Origin: an uncultured virus (IMG/VR IMGVR_UViG_3300044675_006217)
Lineage: Duplodnaviria > Heunggongvirae > Uroviricota > Caudoviricetes
DNA length: 59,594 bases
IMG/VR virus record: IMGVR_UViG_3300044675_006217
Direction: 5' to 3' (one strand)
The translations under genes were made by a program, and so were the position numbers. Shown here in pieces: positions 19,299 through 29,511 of the stretch; the first letter of the stretch is position 1; each line of letters opens with the position of its first letter. The notes beneath the pieces were generated by a model. It did no database searches. It was not told the DNA's origin and worked only from the letters and a program-made list of their open reading frames with translations.

Positions 19299-20261
19299 AT
19301 GAAAAACTATTACGAAATATTAGGTGTAAGCGAAAATGCAACACAAGAGGATATAAAAAAAACATATAAAAAACTAAGTAAGCAATACCATCCAGATGTA
19401 AACCCAAACGGTGAAGAAAAATTTAAAGAAATTTCTGAAGCCTATGATATTTTAGGGGACGACAATAAAAGAAGTGATTACGACATGAAACGTAGAAACC
19501 CATTTGGTAATGGTGGGTTTGGGTCAATTTTTGAGGAAATGATGGGGCATTCACAAAGACAACCTAAACCAGCTGACAAAATTATTGAAATAGTAATCAC
19601 ACCTGAAGAATCTTATAAAGGTGTAGAAAAAACAATCGAAGTTGACACAAATAAATCTTGTGAAAGTTGCTCAGGAACAGGTGGAACTAAAAAAACATGC
19701 ACAAGATGTGCAGGTAGAGGGTTTATTGTACAAACAGTTGGTACAGGATTTTTTAAAACACAAATACAATCAAATTGTTTTGAATGTAAAGGTACTGGTG
19801 AACATTTAATTGATGCTTGTGGATTTTGTTATGGTAATGGGGTTATTTCTAACCACAGCAAGTTTAACGTACAAATACCAAACAACGTAGATAATGGTGA
19901 CTTTATGAGGATGAGAGGTATGGGGGATGAAATACCTAAATATGGTAGAGGTGATTTAATTTTAAAAGTTTTGTGTATAAAACACAACAATTTTGAAAAA
20001 TCAGGAAATGACCTGATTTATTATCTAAAATTAAATTTCAAAGACTTATTAATAAACGACCAAGTTGAAATACCTCATCCTGATGGTAATATAAAAATAA
20101 ATCTACCTGAAGGATTTGATACTGAAAAACCATTAAGACTTTTCAAAAAAGGATATAAAGTTGATGGTACTGTTGGTAATTTTTACATAAAAATAAGCAT
20201 ACAGAATAATCTGACTTTAACTAACGAACAAAGAGAACAAATTAATAATATATTAAAATAA
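19299..20261 (+). CDS. dnaJ: DnaJ chaperone
   Basis: J-domain with HPD, four CxxCxGxG repeats and a C-terminal domain (GDL motifs). Confidence 0.95.
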   Translation: MKNYYEILGVSENATQEDIKKTYKKLSKQYHPDVNPNGEEKFKEISEAYDILGDDNKRSDYDMKRRNPFGNGGFGSIFEEMMGHSQRQPKPADKIIEIVITPEESYKGVEKTIEVDTNKSCESCSGTGGTKKTCTRCAGRGFIVQTVGTGFFKTQIQSNCFECKGTGEHLIDACGFCYGNGVISNHSKFNVQIPNNVDNGDFMRMRGMGDEIPKYGRGDLILKVLCIKHNNFEKSGNDLIYYLKLNFKDLLINDQVEIPHPDGNIKINLPEGFDTEKPLRLFKKGYKVDGTVGNFYIKISIQNNLTLTNEQREQINNILK

Positions 20262-20408
20262 AGACATTATATTTTTAACGATTTCTATTGTTCCGTAGAC
20301 AGCTGCGATTAACATGTAAACCGCCAAAATAGTAATCCAAATTTGAGAGTTGGACATACCTTTTTTACAAATACTACACTCTACTTCTGTTGCTTTTTCT
20401 TTTTTCAT
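20253..20408 (-). CDS. small CxxC membrane protein (51 aa, not in ORF track)
   Basis: [17 protein letters not shown] followed by a TM helix. Confidence 0.55.
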   Translation of the reverse strand: MKKEKATEVECSICKKGMSNSQIWITILAVYMLIAAVYGTIEIVKNIMSLF

Positions 20409-20467
20409 ACCTATAATTTATGTATTAATCATTTGAAAATAAATATCAAAAAAACTATATTTGAAAT

Positions 20468-21307
20468 ATGTTAAGTTATATTGGAGGTAAGAGTAAAATT
20501 GGAAAGTGGATAGTCCCTTTCTATGATAAAGATATGGAAGTCTATTTAGAGACTTTTGGAGGGATGTTTTGGTGTTTCTATAATATGGACCTAAAACAGT
20601 TCCCAAATCTTAAAAAAGTGGTTTATAATGATTTTAATCCACTGAACTATAATCTATTCAAGTGTGTTCAAAACCCTACTGAATTGTTAAGGGCAATCAA
20701 CTCTATTGATTGTCAAAAACAAGGTGTGGACATTACTCCTGAAATTTATAAACAACAATTTATCAACTTTCAGGCTGAAGTTTTTAATCAAGGTTTCAGC
20801 GTAGAACCTGGCGATTATGAGGTGGCGGCTAAATACGTTTATATTCTAACACAAGTATTTAGTGGGTCCAAACCTGAAACATCCAACTTTATTGACTTAA
20901 AAGGTAAATATAAATCAAAATATCTTACCTTTAGAGATAAGTTGTCAAAACCTGATTGGGTAGACCATTTTTTAAAAATTACTGATGTTGAAAATATGGA
21001 TTTTGCCGATGTCATTAACAAATATGACTCACCATCCACTTACATTTATTTGGACCCACCTTACTGGAAAACTGAGAATTACTACTCTAATCATGATTTT
21101 GATAGACAAGACCACGAAAGATTGGCAAATGGTTTACATAATGTCCAAGGTAAGTTTTCATTATCATATTACGATTTTGACTTATTGCATCAGTGGTTTC
21201 CTGAAGACCAATACACTTGGGTTAAAAAAGAGTTTGCAAAAGCAGCTGCAGCCAAGAAAGGAGAGAAACAAAATATGGGTGAAGAATTACTCATTATGAA
21301 CTACTAA
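20468..21307 (+). CDS. Dam-like (D12 class) adenine methyltransferase
   Basis: SYIGGKS, variant motif I (ETFGGMFW), VYNDFN, YLDPPY. Confidence 0.9.
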   Translation: MLSYIGGKSKIGKWIVPFYDKDMEVYLETFGGMFWCFYNMDLKQFPNLKKVVYNDFNPLNYNLFKCVQNPTELLRAINSIDCQKQGVDITPEIYKQQFINFQAEVFNQGFSVEPGDYEVAAKYVYILTQVFSGSKPETSNFIDLKGKYKSKYLTFRDKLSKPDWVDHFLKITDVENMDFADVINKYDSPSTYIYLDPPYWKTENYYSNHDFDRQDHERLANGLHNVQGKFSLSYYDFDLLHQWFPEDQYTWVKKEFAKAAAAKKGEKQNMGEELLIMNY

Positions 21308-21355
21308 GTTTTATTTTTTTCAAAATTTGCAATATTTATATATAAAATTAAAAAG

Positions 21356-22720
21356 ATGGCAATTAGATTTACTAATATATTACGAGACATAATAGTTGAA
21401 AGTTCAAGATTTCAAGTTTTATTTGACAAATTTGTTAAACCAAAAGAAAGAGGGCAAAAAGGTATTATGCCTTTTGAAACTTTATTTGCATTAATTGCTG
21501 CCGACCCAACAACAAGAGTTCCTGAAGGTATGGATATTGATTCAGTAAAACCTGAAGATATGGAAAAGGTAAAAATTGGTAAGTACGCTCAGTGGTTGTT
21601 GAAAAACTTTGTGACACCTAAATTACCATCAGACCACCCACTAATGGTTTCTGACCCACAATCAGGACAATATAAATCAGCACTTAAACAGTATCAAGAT
21701 TTATTCTTAGAAGACTTGTATAAAGTAACTGGCGACTTACAAAAGTTTGAAAGATTTAAAAATAGACTACCTCAAGATGCTAGAGATATTAATAAATTAA
21801 CACCTGAGACATTATATGATTATGTTAAAGATTTTAGTTTAGAAAAAACTAAAGCAAGTGCAACTGAAAAGAAAGAGGCATCTAAAACTTACGCACACCC
21901 TGGAGCTGACATTGTGTATAGAGGTCAAAATTGGACAGTTGCAAGAATTTCAGACACCGGTAAATTAGGTAAAGATGCGGCATGTTTCTACGGAGGTTCA
22001 TATCAAGAACCTGGTAAAGGCGAAACAAGATGGTGTACATCATCACCAGGTCTTACTTGGTTTGATAGATACATCAAGGATGGACCTTTATATGTGGTTA
22101 TACCAAATTCAGGAATGAAGTATACTGCCGATAAAGAATATGGTGAAGTTTCTGGACTTCCAGCATATAGGTACCAATTCCACTTCCCATCTAATCAGTT
22201 TATGGACCCAGCAGATAGACAAATTGATTTGGTTGACTTTTTGAATACTAATGAAGAAGGTTTGAAAGAATACTTTAAATTTGAGTTTATGAAAGGTTTA
22301 TCTACTGCAGGAGGAACAAAAGTTTCTGTACAATATCCAAGTGATTCAGCATCTAAATTTATTGCACTTTATGGGTTTGATGAATTTTTCACAACATTAC
22401 CTAAAAACATAACAAGACTTGAGTTTATTGCTAAAAGTTCAAAATTGGATTTAAATATACCTGATACTATTGGTAATTTTACAGATTTAACAGCAATTCA
22501 CTTTGTTGGTTGTGTCGCTACAATACCACCGGCAGTATGTAATTTGACTAAGTTACAGTTTTTATCACTACCTGACAATCCTAATTTACAGAGATTACCA
22601 GACTGTATTAAAGACCTTCCTAAGTTGTCTATTATTAATTTAAAAAATAGTAATTCAAACGCATTACCTGAAGATTTACGAGATTTACCTGAAGAATCTG
22701 ACTTACATATTTTTGTTTAA
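21356..22720 (+). CDS. hypothetical protein with C-terminal leucine-rich repeats
   Basis: TRWC motif; IPDTIGNFTDL, IPPAVCNLTKL and LPDCIKDLPKL LRRs; late-type leader. Confidence 0.7.
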   Translation: MAIRFTNILRDIIVESSRFQVLFDKFVKPKERGQKGIMPFETLFALIAADPTTRVPEGMDIDSVKPEDMEKVKIGKYAQWLLKNFVTPKLPSDHPLMVSDPQSGQYKSALKQYQDLFLEDLYKVTGDLQKFERFKNRLPQDARDINKLTPETLYDYVKDFSLEKTKASATEKKEASKTYAHPGADIVYRGQNWTVARISDTGKLGKDAACFYGGSYQEPGKGETRWCTSSPGLTWFDRYIKDGPLYVVIPNSGMKYTADKEYGEVSGLPAYRYQFHFPSNQFMDPADRQIDLVDFLNTNEEGLKEYFKFEFMKGLSTAGGTKVSVQYPSDSASKFIALYGFDEFFTTLPKNITRLEFIAKSSKLDLNIPDTIGNFTDLTAIHFVGCVATIPPAVCNLTKLQFLSLPDNPNLQRLPDCIKDLPKLSIINLKNSNSNALPEDLRDLPEESDLHIFV

Positions 22721-22759
22721 TAATTTTACTGAATAAATTATTTTTATTAAATTTGTCAT

Positions 22760-23047
22760 ATGAATAATGTCGATATAGAAATTTACATGACAACCCTTGT
22801 CAAGTTTTTTACACAAAACCCTGACCAACTCAAGCTATTAATTGGTGACAATGACGGCTCAAAGTTTTATCAAAAAATTAGAGAAATTGCCGAAAAAAAC
22901 CAAAAAGAAGAAAAAGAAATAGCACCAACAAGAAATCAGATGATTCAGGTGATTTTAGAAATTCAAAATAAGGTTAAAAAAAACACCTTAAATAATGTGG
23001 TTTCCAATTTTATGGACCACCATATGGGAAAAATTTCATTGAATTAG
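22760..23047 (+). CDS. hypothetical protein
   Basis: ORF after TAAATTTG promoter element. Confidence 0.65.
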   Translation: MNNVDIEIYMTTLVKFFTQNPDQLKLLIGDNDGSKFYQKIREIAEKNQKEEKEIAPTRNQMIQVILEIQNKVKKNTLNNVVSNFMDHHMGKISLN

Positions 23048-23082
23048 TTTTTTAATTTCCAAAATTTATTTATCTTTGTACT

Positions 23083-24822
23083 ATGTTAGAAGTAGAAGGA
23101 AAAACATTTCATAAGTTTATTGAAAAAAAGAATTACAGAGTTGAACTTTATAAAAACTTCTGTGATATTGACTCAAAACATAATAACAGTTATGAGTCAG
23201 TTCATTTTACAAAAAACAAAGAAAAGTTTTACACAGACACCCAACTATTTTCTGAGGATGATTTTGTTAAACATTATGGCAACCCTTGCGCGTCAGTATT
23301 TAGAATAAGATATAGATTTTTTATTGAAGAAAGTGAAAATAAAATTTCCTTAAAGTATCAATTATATACAAAGCAAAGAAGAGTCGGAGGTAAGTTTTTT
23401 GTTGAAAGAAAAACAACAGAATATTTTTCATTTAATTTCAAAACTAAATTGTTCTACTCAGGAACATTTATCACAAAGAAAAAACAAAAAATGGGAGCTC
23501 GCATGAAAGTTAATCCAACTTATGTTGCGGTTCAAAGTTTTTTAAGAAGTGTTCATGTTGATGAAAGCGTAAAACCTGAAAATCATTTTATTTTCTTTTT
23601 AGAAAAAATATGGGATAAATTAGGAATTGAAAATCCACAGGATTTTAAGTGGGATTCACCGGAGTCATTTTATAGTCTTACATACTATTTGGTTAACGGT
23701 ATTAAAATTCCAAACAGTTGGAAAAAATTCACTTATTTTTTTATTCCAAAGAAAGATTTAAAATCATCAAATATGAATTTGGTTGATTCAATAATGAAAA
23801 AACTAAATTTAAAAGGGTCAAAAGTTAAACACATTTTTAATGAAATGGAATGGATTGATTTTGATAGATTGTATCTAACATATAATCTTTTGGGAATTGA
23901 TAGGTTTAACAAAATTGAAAACAAAGTATTTGAATCATACTATGGTGATGAGACAATGCCAATAGAAATGAATCGAATGGGCGGGTCTTATGAATGTTTT
24001 TATTCAGATAAAGAACAATTTAATCAATATTTCTTGGGTAGAACATTAGTTCCTTTAACTCCAAAAGAAAAAGATAGAATTTTAGATTTGATGCCATATT
24101 TTGACCATTATAAATGGAGAACTTTAATTGACCATTTAGTGATGAAAAAAGATTTAATAAATCTTGGTGAAGATGTTAAATTTAAATTCACAAACATTAG
24201 TAGTTTTAATTTAGAACATGAGGAGTTTAGTCGTCTTTTACAATCGTACAGAAAAGGTGAAGTTGAAAGATTCTATGGTGATGTTGATAGTTTAGAAACA
24301 CCCATTGAACACCAAGGTGAAACTTATTATCCTGTTCTTTTAAGAAAGACTATGGACTATGAAAAAGAATCACAACACCAACGAAATTGTGTTCGTGGGT
24401 ATTCAGAAAGACCGGATTGTTTAATATTCTCAATTCGTAAAGATTCAACCGATGGTGATGATAGAATAACTGTGGAATATAGATATAAAATAGATGAAAT
24501 ATTAAATGTTCAAGAAAGGACTAGATTTAATGAAACACCATCATTAGAGTTTTCACAAGTTGCTAAAATTCAACTTGCAAATATTAACTTACTTTACAAA
24601 CTCGGAACTTTAAAATTACCAAGGATGGTTAAAAAGTATCGTAACGGTAAAACTGTGGAACAAGAGGCAACATTTAAAAGTTTGGAACATGATGGGACTA
24701 AAGTAATTGCAATGACCCCACATTGGAATTACCCAACTCCCGAACTACAGAATTGGCAAAATGATATTTTATACCATCAAGATTATCAACATTTGGACTT
24801 TGTAGAAGATTTACTTCCATAA
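23083..24822 (+). CDS. PcfJ-like domain protein
   Basis: ES..QRNCV.GY....C.IFSIR....R.TVE C-terminal motif. Confidence 0.65.
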   Translation: MLEVEGKTFHKFIEKKNYRVELYKNFCDIDSKHNNSYESVHFTKNKEKFYTDTQLFSEDDFVKHYGNPCASVFRIRYRFFIEESENKISLKYQLYTKQRRVGGKFFVERKTTEYFSFNFKTKLFYSGTFITKKKQKMGARMKVNPTYVAVQSFLRSVHVDESVKPENHFIFFLEKIWDKLGIENPQDFKWDSPESFYSLTYYLVNGIKIPNSWKKFTYFFIPKKDLKSSNMNLVDSIMKKLNLKGSKVKHIFNEMEWIDFDRLYLTYNLLGIDRFNKIENKVFESYYGDETMPIEMNRMGGSYECFYSDKEQFNQYFLGRTLVPLTPKEKDRILDLMPYFDHYKWRTLIDHLVMKKDLINLGEDVKFKFTNISSFNLEHEEFSRLLQSYRKGEVERFYGDVDSLETPIEHQGETYYPVLLRKTMDYEKESQHQRNCVRGYSERPDCLIFSIRKDSTDGDDRITVEYRYKIDEILNVQERTRFNETPSLEFSQVAKIQLANINLLYKLGTLKLPRMVKKYRNGKTVEQEATFKSLEHDGTKVIAMTPHWNYPTPELQNWQNDILYHQDYQHLDFVEDLLP

Positions 24823-24844
24823 TAATATATTTATTTTATTTACT

Positions 24845-25186
24845 ATGGATAAAATCGAGTTTGTACCTTCTTATGTATATGATACTTTCAATACTTTATT
24901 TGAGAGTGGTATAAGACCCAACTCCGTAAAAACTAGAAATATAACTTCTCAAGGATTAACAACTTTAATGGAAAAAGGTACTGTGGTATGGTCCAATTCC
25001 TTATTTGACCAAAAACATTATTATTTAGAGGGAGTTATTAGATGGAGTAAAAACCAAGTACTAATTTATTTCCAAAAAGTTGAAAATGAATCAACATACA
25101 AAATAAACATTCTGACTGATGATTTATCAAGAATAGATATTCTTTTGGTTGGTTTAAATAAATTTTTTACAATAGATAATATATGA
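24845..25186 (+). CDS. hypothetical protein
   Basis: 113-aa ORF. Confidence 0.6.
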   Translation: MDKIEFVPSYVYDTFNTLFESGIRPNSVKTRNITSQGLTTLMEKGTVVWSNSLFDQKHYYLEGVIRWSKNQVLIYFQKVENESTYKINILTDDLSRIDILLVGLNKFFTIDNI

Positions 25187-25473
25187 AAGTTATTGTTTTA
25201 TTTACAATGAAAGGGTGTCCACATTGTACAGATTTGAAAGAATTATTTCAAAATAATGAAGTAGCATTTATCGATAGAGATATTTTTGAATATTCTGATG
25301 AGTATGAAGAATTTGTAAGTGCAAAAAAAAATGAATTTGTTCCTGCAATGATATTCATGACATTAGATAAATCTGGCGAAAACTATAGTGACGTTAAATT
25401 GTTGGCTCCTGATGATGATTACCAAGACATTACAGAAGCCTTCAATTTAGCGAATAGTTATTTATCAGAATAA
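25183..25473 (+). CDS. glutaredoxin
   Basis: CPHC active site and FVP cis-Pro motif. Confidence 0.85.
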   Translation: MKVIVLFTMKGCPHCTDLKELFQNNEVAFIDRDIFEYSDEYEEFVSAKKNEFVPAMIFMTLDKSGENYSDVKLLAPDDDYQDITEAFNLANSYLSE

Positions 25474-26316
25474 AATAATCTCGTTTAGTAAATCTAACTC
25501 TTCTATTTTTTCTTCGATATTTTTATTTCCAAAAGTATCAGATAAAGATTTTTCATCAAATGGAAATACATCTAAAATCATTGATTCCATCCATTCAGTT
25601 TTAACCACATGATTATCATTATTAATTTTAAAAATGATATTTTCTGAATCAATGTTGCTATATAATTCATCACTATAAATTGAAAAACTTAAATTGTCTG
25701 ATAGTGATTTTGCAAAAATATGGTTAGAAATATAATTACCTAAAAAACTATAGTATTTCTCAATACCATTAGATAAACCATATTTTCTTTCAGAATGATA
25801 CTCTAAATTTTCAAAATTAAATTCAATTAATTTATAATTTGGATAATTTAACCTTAAAACATTACTTAAAACATTATTATCGGAATCAGAATTGAAAAGA
25901 ATAATTTTATTATTGTAGTCAAGTTTTATATTAATTTTTACACCACTGTCAAAAAAATTATCAACAAACCCCAAAAGACTTTTTTCTATTTTCTTTGATA
26001 ATTTATCAAAATTAAAATTCAAATTGATAGGGTTTGTTTTTAATACATCAACAAAATTAATAATGTCAATTACTTTAACCGTTTCATATCTACTATCTTT
26101 AAATTCACTTAAATAGTTTCTAAAACTTTCAAGAATATTAACAGTTTGTTTGGCTGTGGTAAAACCATTAACAATGAAAAAACTCCTGTGATTAAAAACC
26201 GTTAATTCAGTCTTACATCCAGGAGTTACTTCTTCGAATTTGTTTACAAGAATATTTGCTAGTGTGTTGCATAATCTTTTTCCATCTAAAAGATTATTAA
26301 TTTCAATTTGTGACAT
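25465..26316 (-). CDS. divergent S-adenosylmethionine synthetase (MetK)-like protein, catalytic motifs lost
   Basis: N- and C-terminal segments align by eye with MetK (see findings). Confidence 0.5.
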   Translation of the reverse strand: [283 protein letters not shown]

Positions 26317-26379
26317 TATTAATATTTAACTTTTTATTTTTACAATCTTATGTAAAAAAAAAATTTAGTTAAATAGTAA

Positions 26380-26523
26380 TTATTTTTTGTTGTAATACTT
26401 TTCAACAATTTTTGTAACTGCACTCTTAACAGACTGTGTGTTTTGTTGACTCTGTGTTTGAGTTTGAGTCTGTGTTTGAGTTTGAGTTTGTGTTTGGTTG
26501 TTTTTACATCCGCATCCTGACAT
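26380..26523 (-). CDS. small protein with GCGCK N-terminus and (QT)n tract (47 aa, not in ORF track)
   Basis: MSGCGCKNNQTQTQTQTQTQTQTQSQQNTQSVKSAVTKIVEKYYNKK*. Confidence 0.65.
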   Translation of the reverse strand: MSGCGCKNNQTQTQTQTQTQTQTQSQQNTQSVKSAVTKIVEKYYNKK

Positions 26524-26538
26524 AATCTTTATTTTTAT

Positions 26539-27126
26539 TTAGTTTATTATTTTAAATTTATGTTTATAACAAGTTTTTCTAATAGAACCATTATAACCAT
26601 TATTTACTTTCTTACCTCTAAGTGAATTTGACAATTTCATTCTAACATTTCTATGTTTTCCTTTAGCAAACCCATTTTCAATTAAATAGTTTGCTCCATC
26701 AACTAAATTGTCAAAAACAAACTCATTTTTATTATAAATATTAATCAAAACAAATCTTTCAAAATTACCATTCTTTTTTTGATTATATTTTGACAATTTA
26801 TTTTTAACTTCGTCGTTGTACGTGTTCCTTCTAAATTCATTAACTGTCGCTAAGTTGTAACCAAAATTAGATTCGTTTGATTTAAAAATTGTAATATATT
26901 TATTTTCTAACTGAATTAATTCTATTGAATTACATAGTTCTAAAATTTCGAATGTAAAGTTTTCTTCACCAAACTTGTTATATGAATTTTGTAAATGACT
27001 ATTGTCGTGTTTATTATTACGCAACATCCAAAAATGTTTGTATTTTCTGGCATGAACATTAACAGAACTACCTATATAGGTTTTACCATCAACTAAGTTT
27101 CCTATTTTATATATTCCTGCATTCAT
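26539..27126 (-). CDS. GIY-YIG homing endonuclease (free-standing)
   Basis: GIYKI...YIGSS..R..H...L, E..YI, GYN motifs. Confidence 0.9.
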   Translation of the reverse strand: MNAGIYKIGNLVDGKTYIGSSVNVHARKYKHFWMLRNNKHDNSHLQNSYNKFGEENFTFEILELCNSIELIQLENKYITIFKSNESNFGYNLATVNEFRRNTYNDEVKNKLSKYNQKKNGNFERFVLINIYNKNEFVFDNLVDGANYLIENGFAKGKHRNVRMKLSNSLRGKKVNNGYNGSIRKTCYKHKFKIIN

Positions 27127-27204
27127 ATAGTATAAATATCTAATTAAATATTACTAAAACTTTCATATAAGCCATAAACTAAATTTGTAATATATTTATA
27201 ACAT

Positions 27205-28404
27205 ATGTCATTAGAAAAAATCATAAAAAGGGTCATTTATGAACAGATTGAAAATGTTATAAGGATTTCACCTGAAGACTTTAAAGAAAATTTGCCCTAT
27301 TTCAATAGTGATGTTGCATTACTAAAAAAATATTACAAAAATAAAGATATTATAATCACCGGTGATTTAGATTTACAATACGACAAAGAAATTAAAAATC
27401 TTGATTCACTCTCTAAAATTGAAGGTAATTTAGATATTAGTTATAGTAACGTTGATGTTTTTGATGAAAGTAAGGCTAAAAACTTTAGAGACTGGAATAG
27501 TAAAAGATATTATATAAGACAACAAAAAATACTTCAAGAAAAACTTAATTATTTAGATGAACTAAGAAAGAAAAACGATTGGAATATTCAAAATGGAAAA
27601 AAAATATCCTACCAAACAGAGGCATTATACGAACATTTAGAAAATCAACGTAAATTGTCTTATTATGACGATGGCGTTAGTGAGGAAGAAGTTCTTGAGG
27701 ACAAATATTTTATTTATCCTGAAAAATACACACATTATGGTGGTGGTTTTTTTACTTGGTTAGGTGAGGATGATAGAGACACAGAATGGATGGTATATAG
27801 TGAAGACGAAATAGAAAGTGCCGCTAGACGTTCAATCGAGGGGAGAATAGATGAACTTGGATATGAAGCATTTGCTTCTTGGGTTTGGGAAGACCATTTA
27901 GATAATGAGTCGGTTAGAGGTTTTTTAAGTGATTATATATCAGAATCAATTTATGATGACCCTGAAAATTGGGGAATTAAAAAAGATTTAACACAACAAC
28001 AAGAAAAAATTGTAAATATATACAAACAAAAAATTGAAAAATTAGAACAAAGAATAAATAATGAAGATTTAGATGAAGAAACCGAAAATAGCATCCAAGA
28101 CGAAATTGATGATATAACACAACTAATAGAAGACGTTGAAGAAAATCCAGAAGGTGATTACAACCAAGACGAAATAGAATCAGCAATTGAATCTTATGTT
28201 GACGATAATGAAGATGAATTTGTTTCATTTTTAAACGACCAAGGATTCGACAAAAATGAAATTTTTTATTATGTTGATACGGAGGCTGTAATAGATTATA
28301 TAATTAATAGTGATAGTTGGGGGGATATTTTAGGTAGTTATGACGGTGACCACGATGAAATTGATGTAAATGGAAAGACATTTATTATAATGAGATATAA
28401 TTAA
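27205..28404 (+). CDS. acidic hypothetical protein (putative virion)
   Basis: KRVIYEQ leader; GDLDL/GNLDI LRR-like units; very acidic C-terminal half. Confidence 0.65.
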   Translation: MSLEKIIKRVIYEQIENVIRISPEDFKENLPYFNSDVALLKKYYKNKDIIITGDLDLQYDKEIKNLDSLSKIEGNLDISYSNVDVFDESKAKNFRDWNSKRYYIRQQKILQEKLNYLDELRKKNDWNIQNGKKISYQTEALYEHLENQRKLSYYDDGVSEEEVLEDKYFIYPEKYTHYGGGFFTWLGEDDRDTEWMVYSEDEIESAARRSIEGRIDELGYEAFASWVWEDHLDNESVRGFLSDYISESIYDDPENWGIKKDLTQQQEKIVNIYKQKIEKLEQRINNEDLDEETENSIQDEIDDITQLIEDVEENPEGDYNQDEIESAIESYVDDNEDEFVSFLNDQGFDKNEIFYYVDTEAVIDYIINSDSWGDILGSYDGDHDEIDVNGKTFIIMRYN

Positions 28405-28443
28405 TTTATTTACTGACCAACATATTTTTCTTATTTTTTATAC

Positions 28444-29196
28444 ATGGAGACAAATTGGGTATTTCAAGAGCCAGTAGATTTTGAACACAAACAATATATT
28501 TTATTAGGGTATTTACAAAAAATTGAAAAAGAGTTAAACGATTTTAAACTTTATCCAAATTTTCAATTGTTGTCACTTCATTTGGCTAATATAAATTTAG
28601 TATTACAAAAAGGTCAATATTTGTCATTGACAAAAAAATTAAAAGAAAAAGACGAAGAAATTTTATTATCAGATTTAGTTAGTCAAGAAATACCACCAAT
28701 GACTGGACAAGAAATCTTAGAATTATATAGAATAAGCAAATATTCATCAGAGAAATTACAAAACTTTTTTGACCACGCAAAAGCAATTTGGGAGTTGGTG
28801 AATGATAGTATTTCATTAACTGTACTAAACAACTCAAAAAAAATTGAAAGCAAACAAGGACTTTTTATAATTAAAAACAAAGAAAAAAATTACTTATACG
28901 AATTTGTAATTAAAGAAATAAAAAAGAATTTTCCTGATGTTAAATGCTACATTAAAAAAATATGTGAGATTGAAAACCAAGAAATTACTCCAGAGTTATT
29001 TGAAAACAAAAAAACTTTAATTAAAAATTTAAGCAGTGAAGAAGTTCATAGAGAACTTATACTATTCAAAGTAAATCACGACGATAATTTTCCATTCAAT
29101 GAGACATTGATTCCTTTGACCAAAAGAAAATTGTTAAACTTTATACAACAATCTAAAATTATAAATAAGGTTAATTTGACAAAAACAATTCAATAA
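28444..29196 (+). CDS. conserved hypothetical protein (DFExKxYxLLxYLQ motif, Bacteroidota-like)
   Basis: N-terminal motif. Confidence 0.6.
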   Translation: METNWVFQEPVDFEHKQYILLGYLQKIEKELNDFKLYPNFQLLSLHLANINLVLQKGQYLSLTKKLKEKDEEILLSDLVSQEIPPMTGQEILELYRISKYSSEKLQNFFDHAKAIWELVNDSISLTVLNNSKKIESKQGLFIIKNKEKNYLYEFVIKEIKKNFPDVKCYIKKICEIENQEITPELFENKKTLIKNLSSEEVHRELILFKVNHDDNFPFNETLIPLTKRKLLNFIQQSKIINKVNLTKTIQ

Positions 29197-29210
29197 ACTA
29201 TACTATTGAT

Positions 29211-29339
29211 ATGAAGAAAAAAGAAATCATTAAAGAGATTAAAAGTATGGTTAAAAAGTATCCCAATGACTTAGATTTAGGAAACCAAGTGAGAACCTTT
29301 TTGTTAAACTTAAAAAGTAAAAAGAGTAATGGGATTTAA
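29211..29339 (+). CDS. small hypothetical protein (YPNDxDLG motif)
   Basis: 42 aa; fills the operon gap. Confidence 0.55.
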   Translation: MKKKEIIKEIKSMVKKYPNDLDLGNQVRTFLLNLKSKKSNGI

Positions 29340-29511
29340 TAAAAGATTTCTTAACAAAGAACAAATTTTAAAAAATCAACATCATATAATTGAGTATCTT
29401 CAAGCAGATGCACTTTTTATAACGGATAAGTTTTCTGAAGAAGTTTACAGATTATTCAAGGATGGGGCAAATGAAAAAACAATAATTGAATATATAAATA
29501 AAAATAAATGA
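29329..29511 (+). CDS. hypothetical protein
   Basis: 60-aa ORF. Confidence 0.55.
   Translation: MGFNKRFLNKEQILKNQHHIIEYLQADALFITDKFSEEVYRLFKDGANEKTIIEYINKNK

Noticed and set aside
26539..27126. Group I intron around the GIY-YIG gene
   Set aside because: The flanking genes are complete and separate, and there is no room or conserved P7-type core, so it is free-standing.
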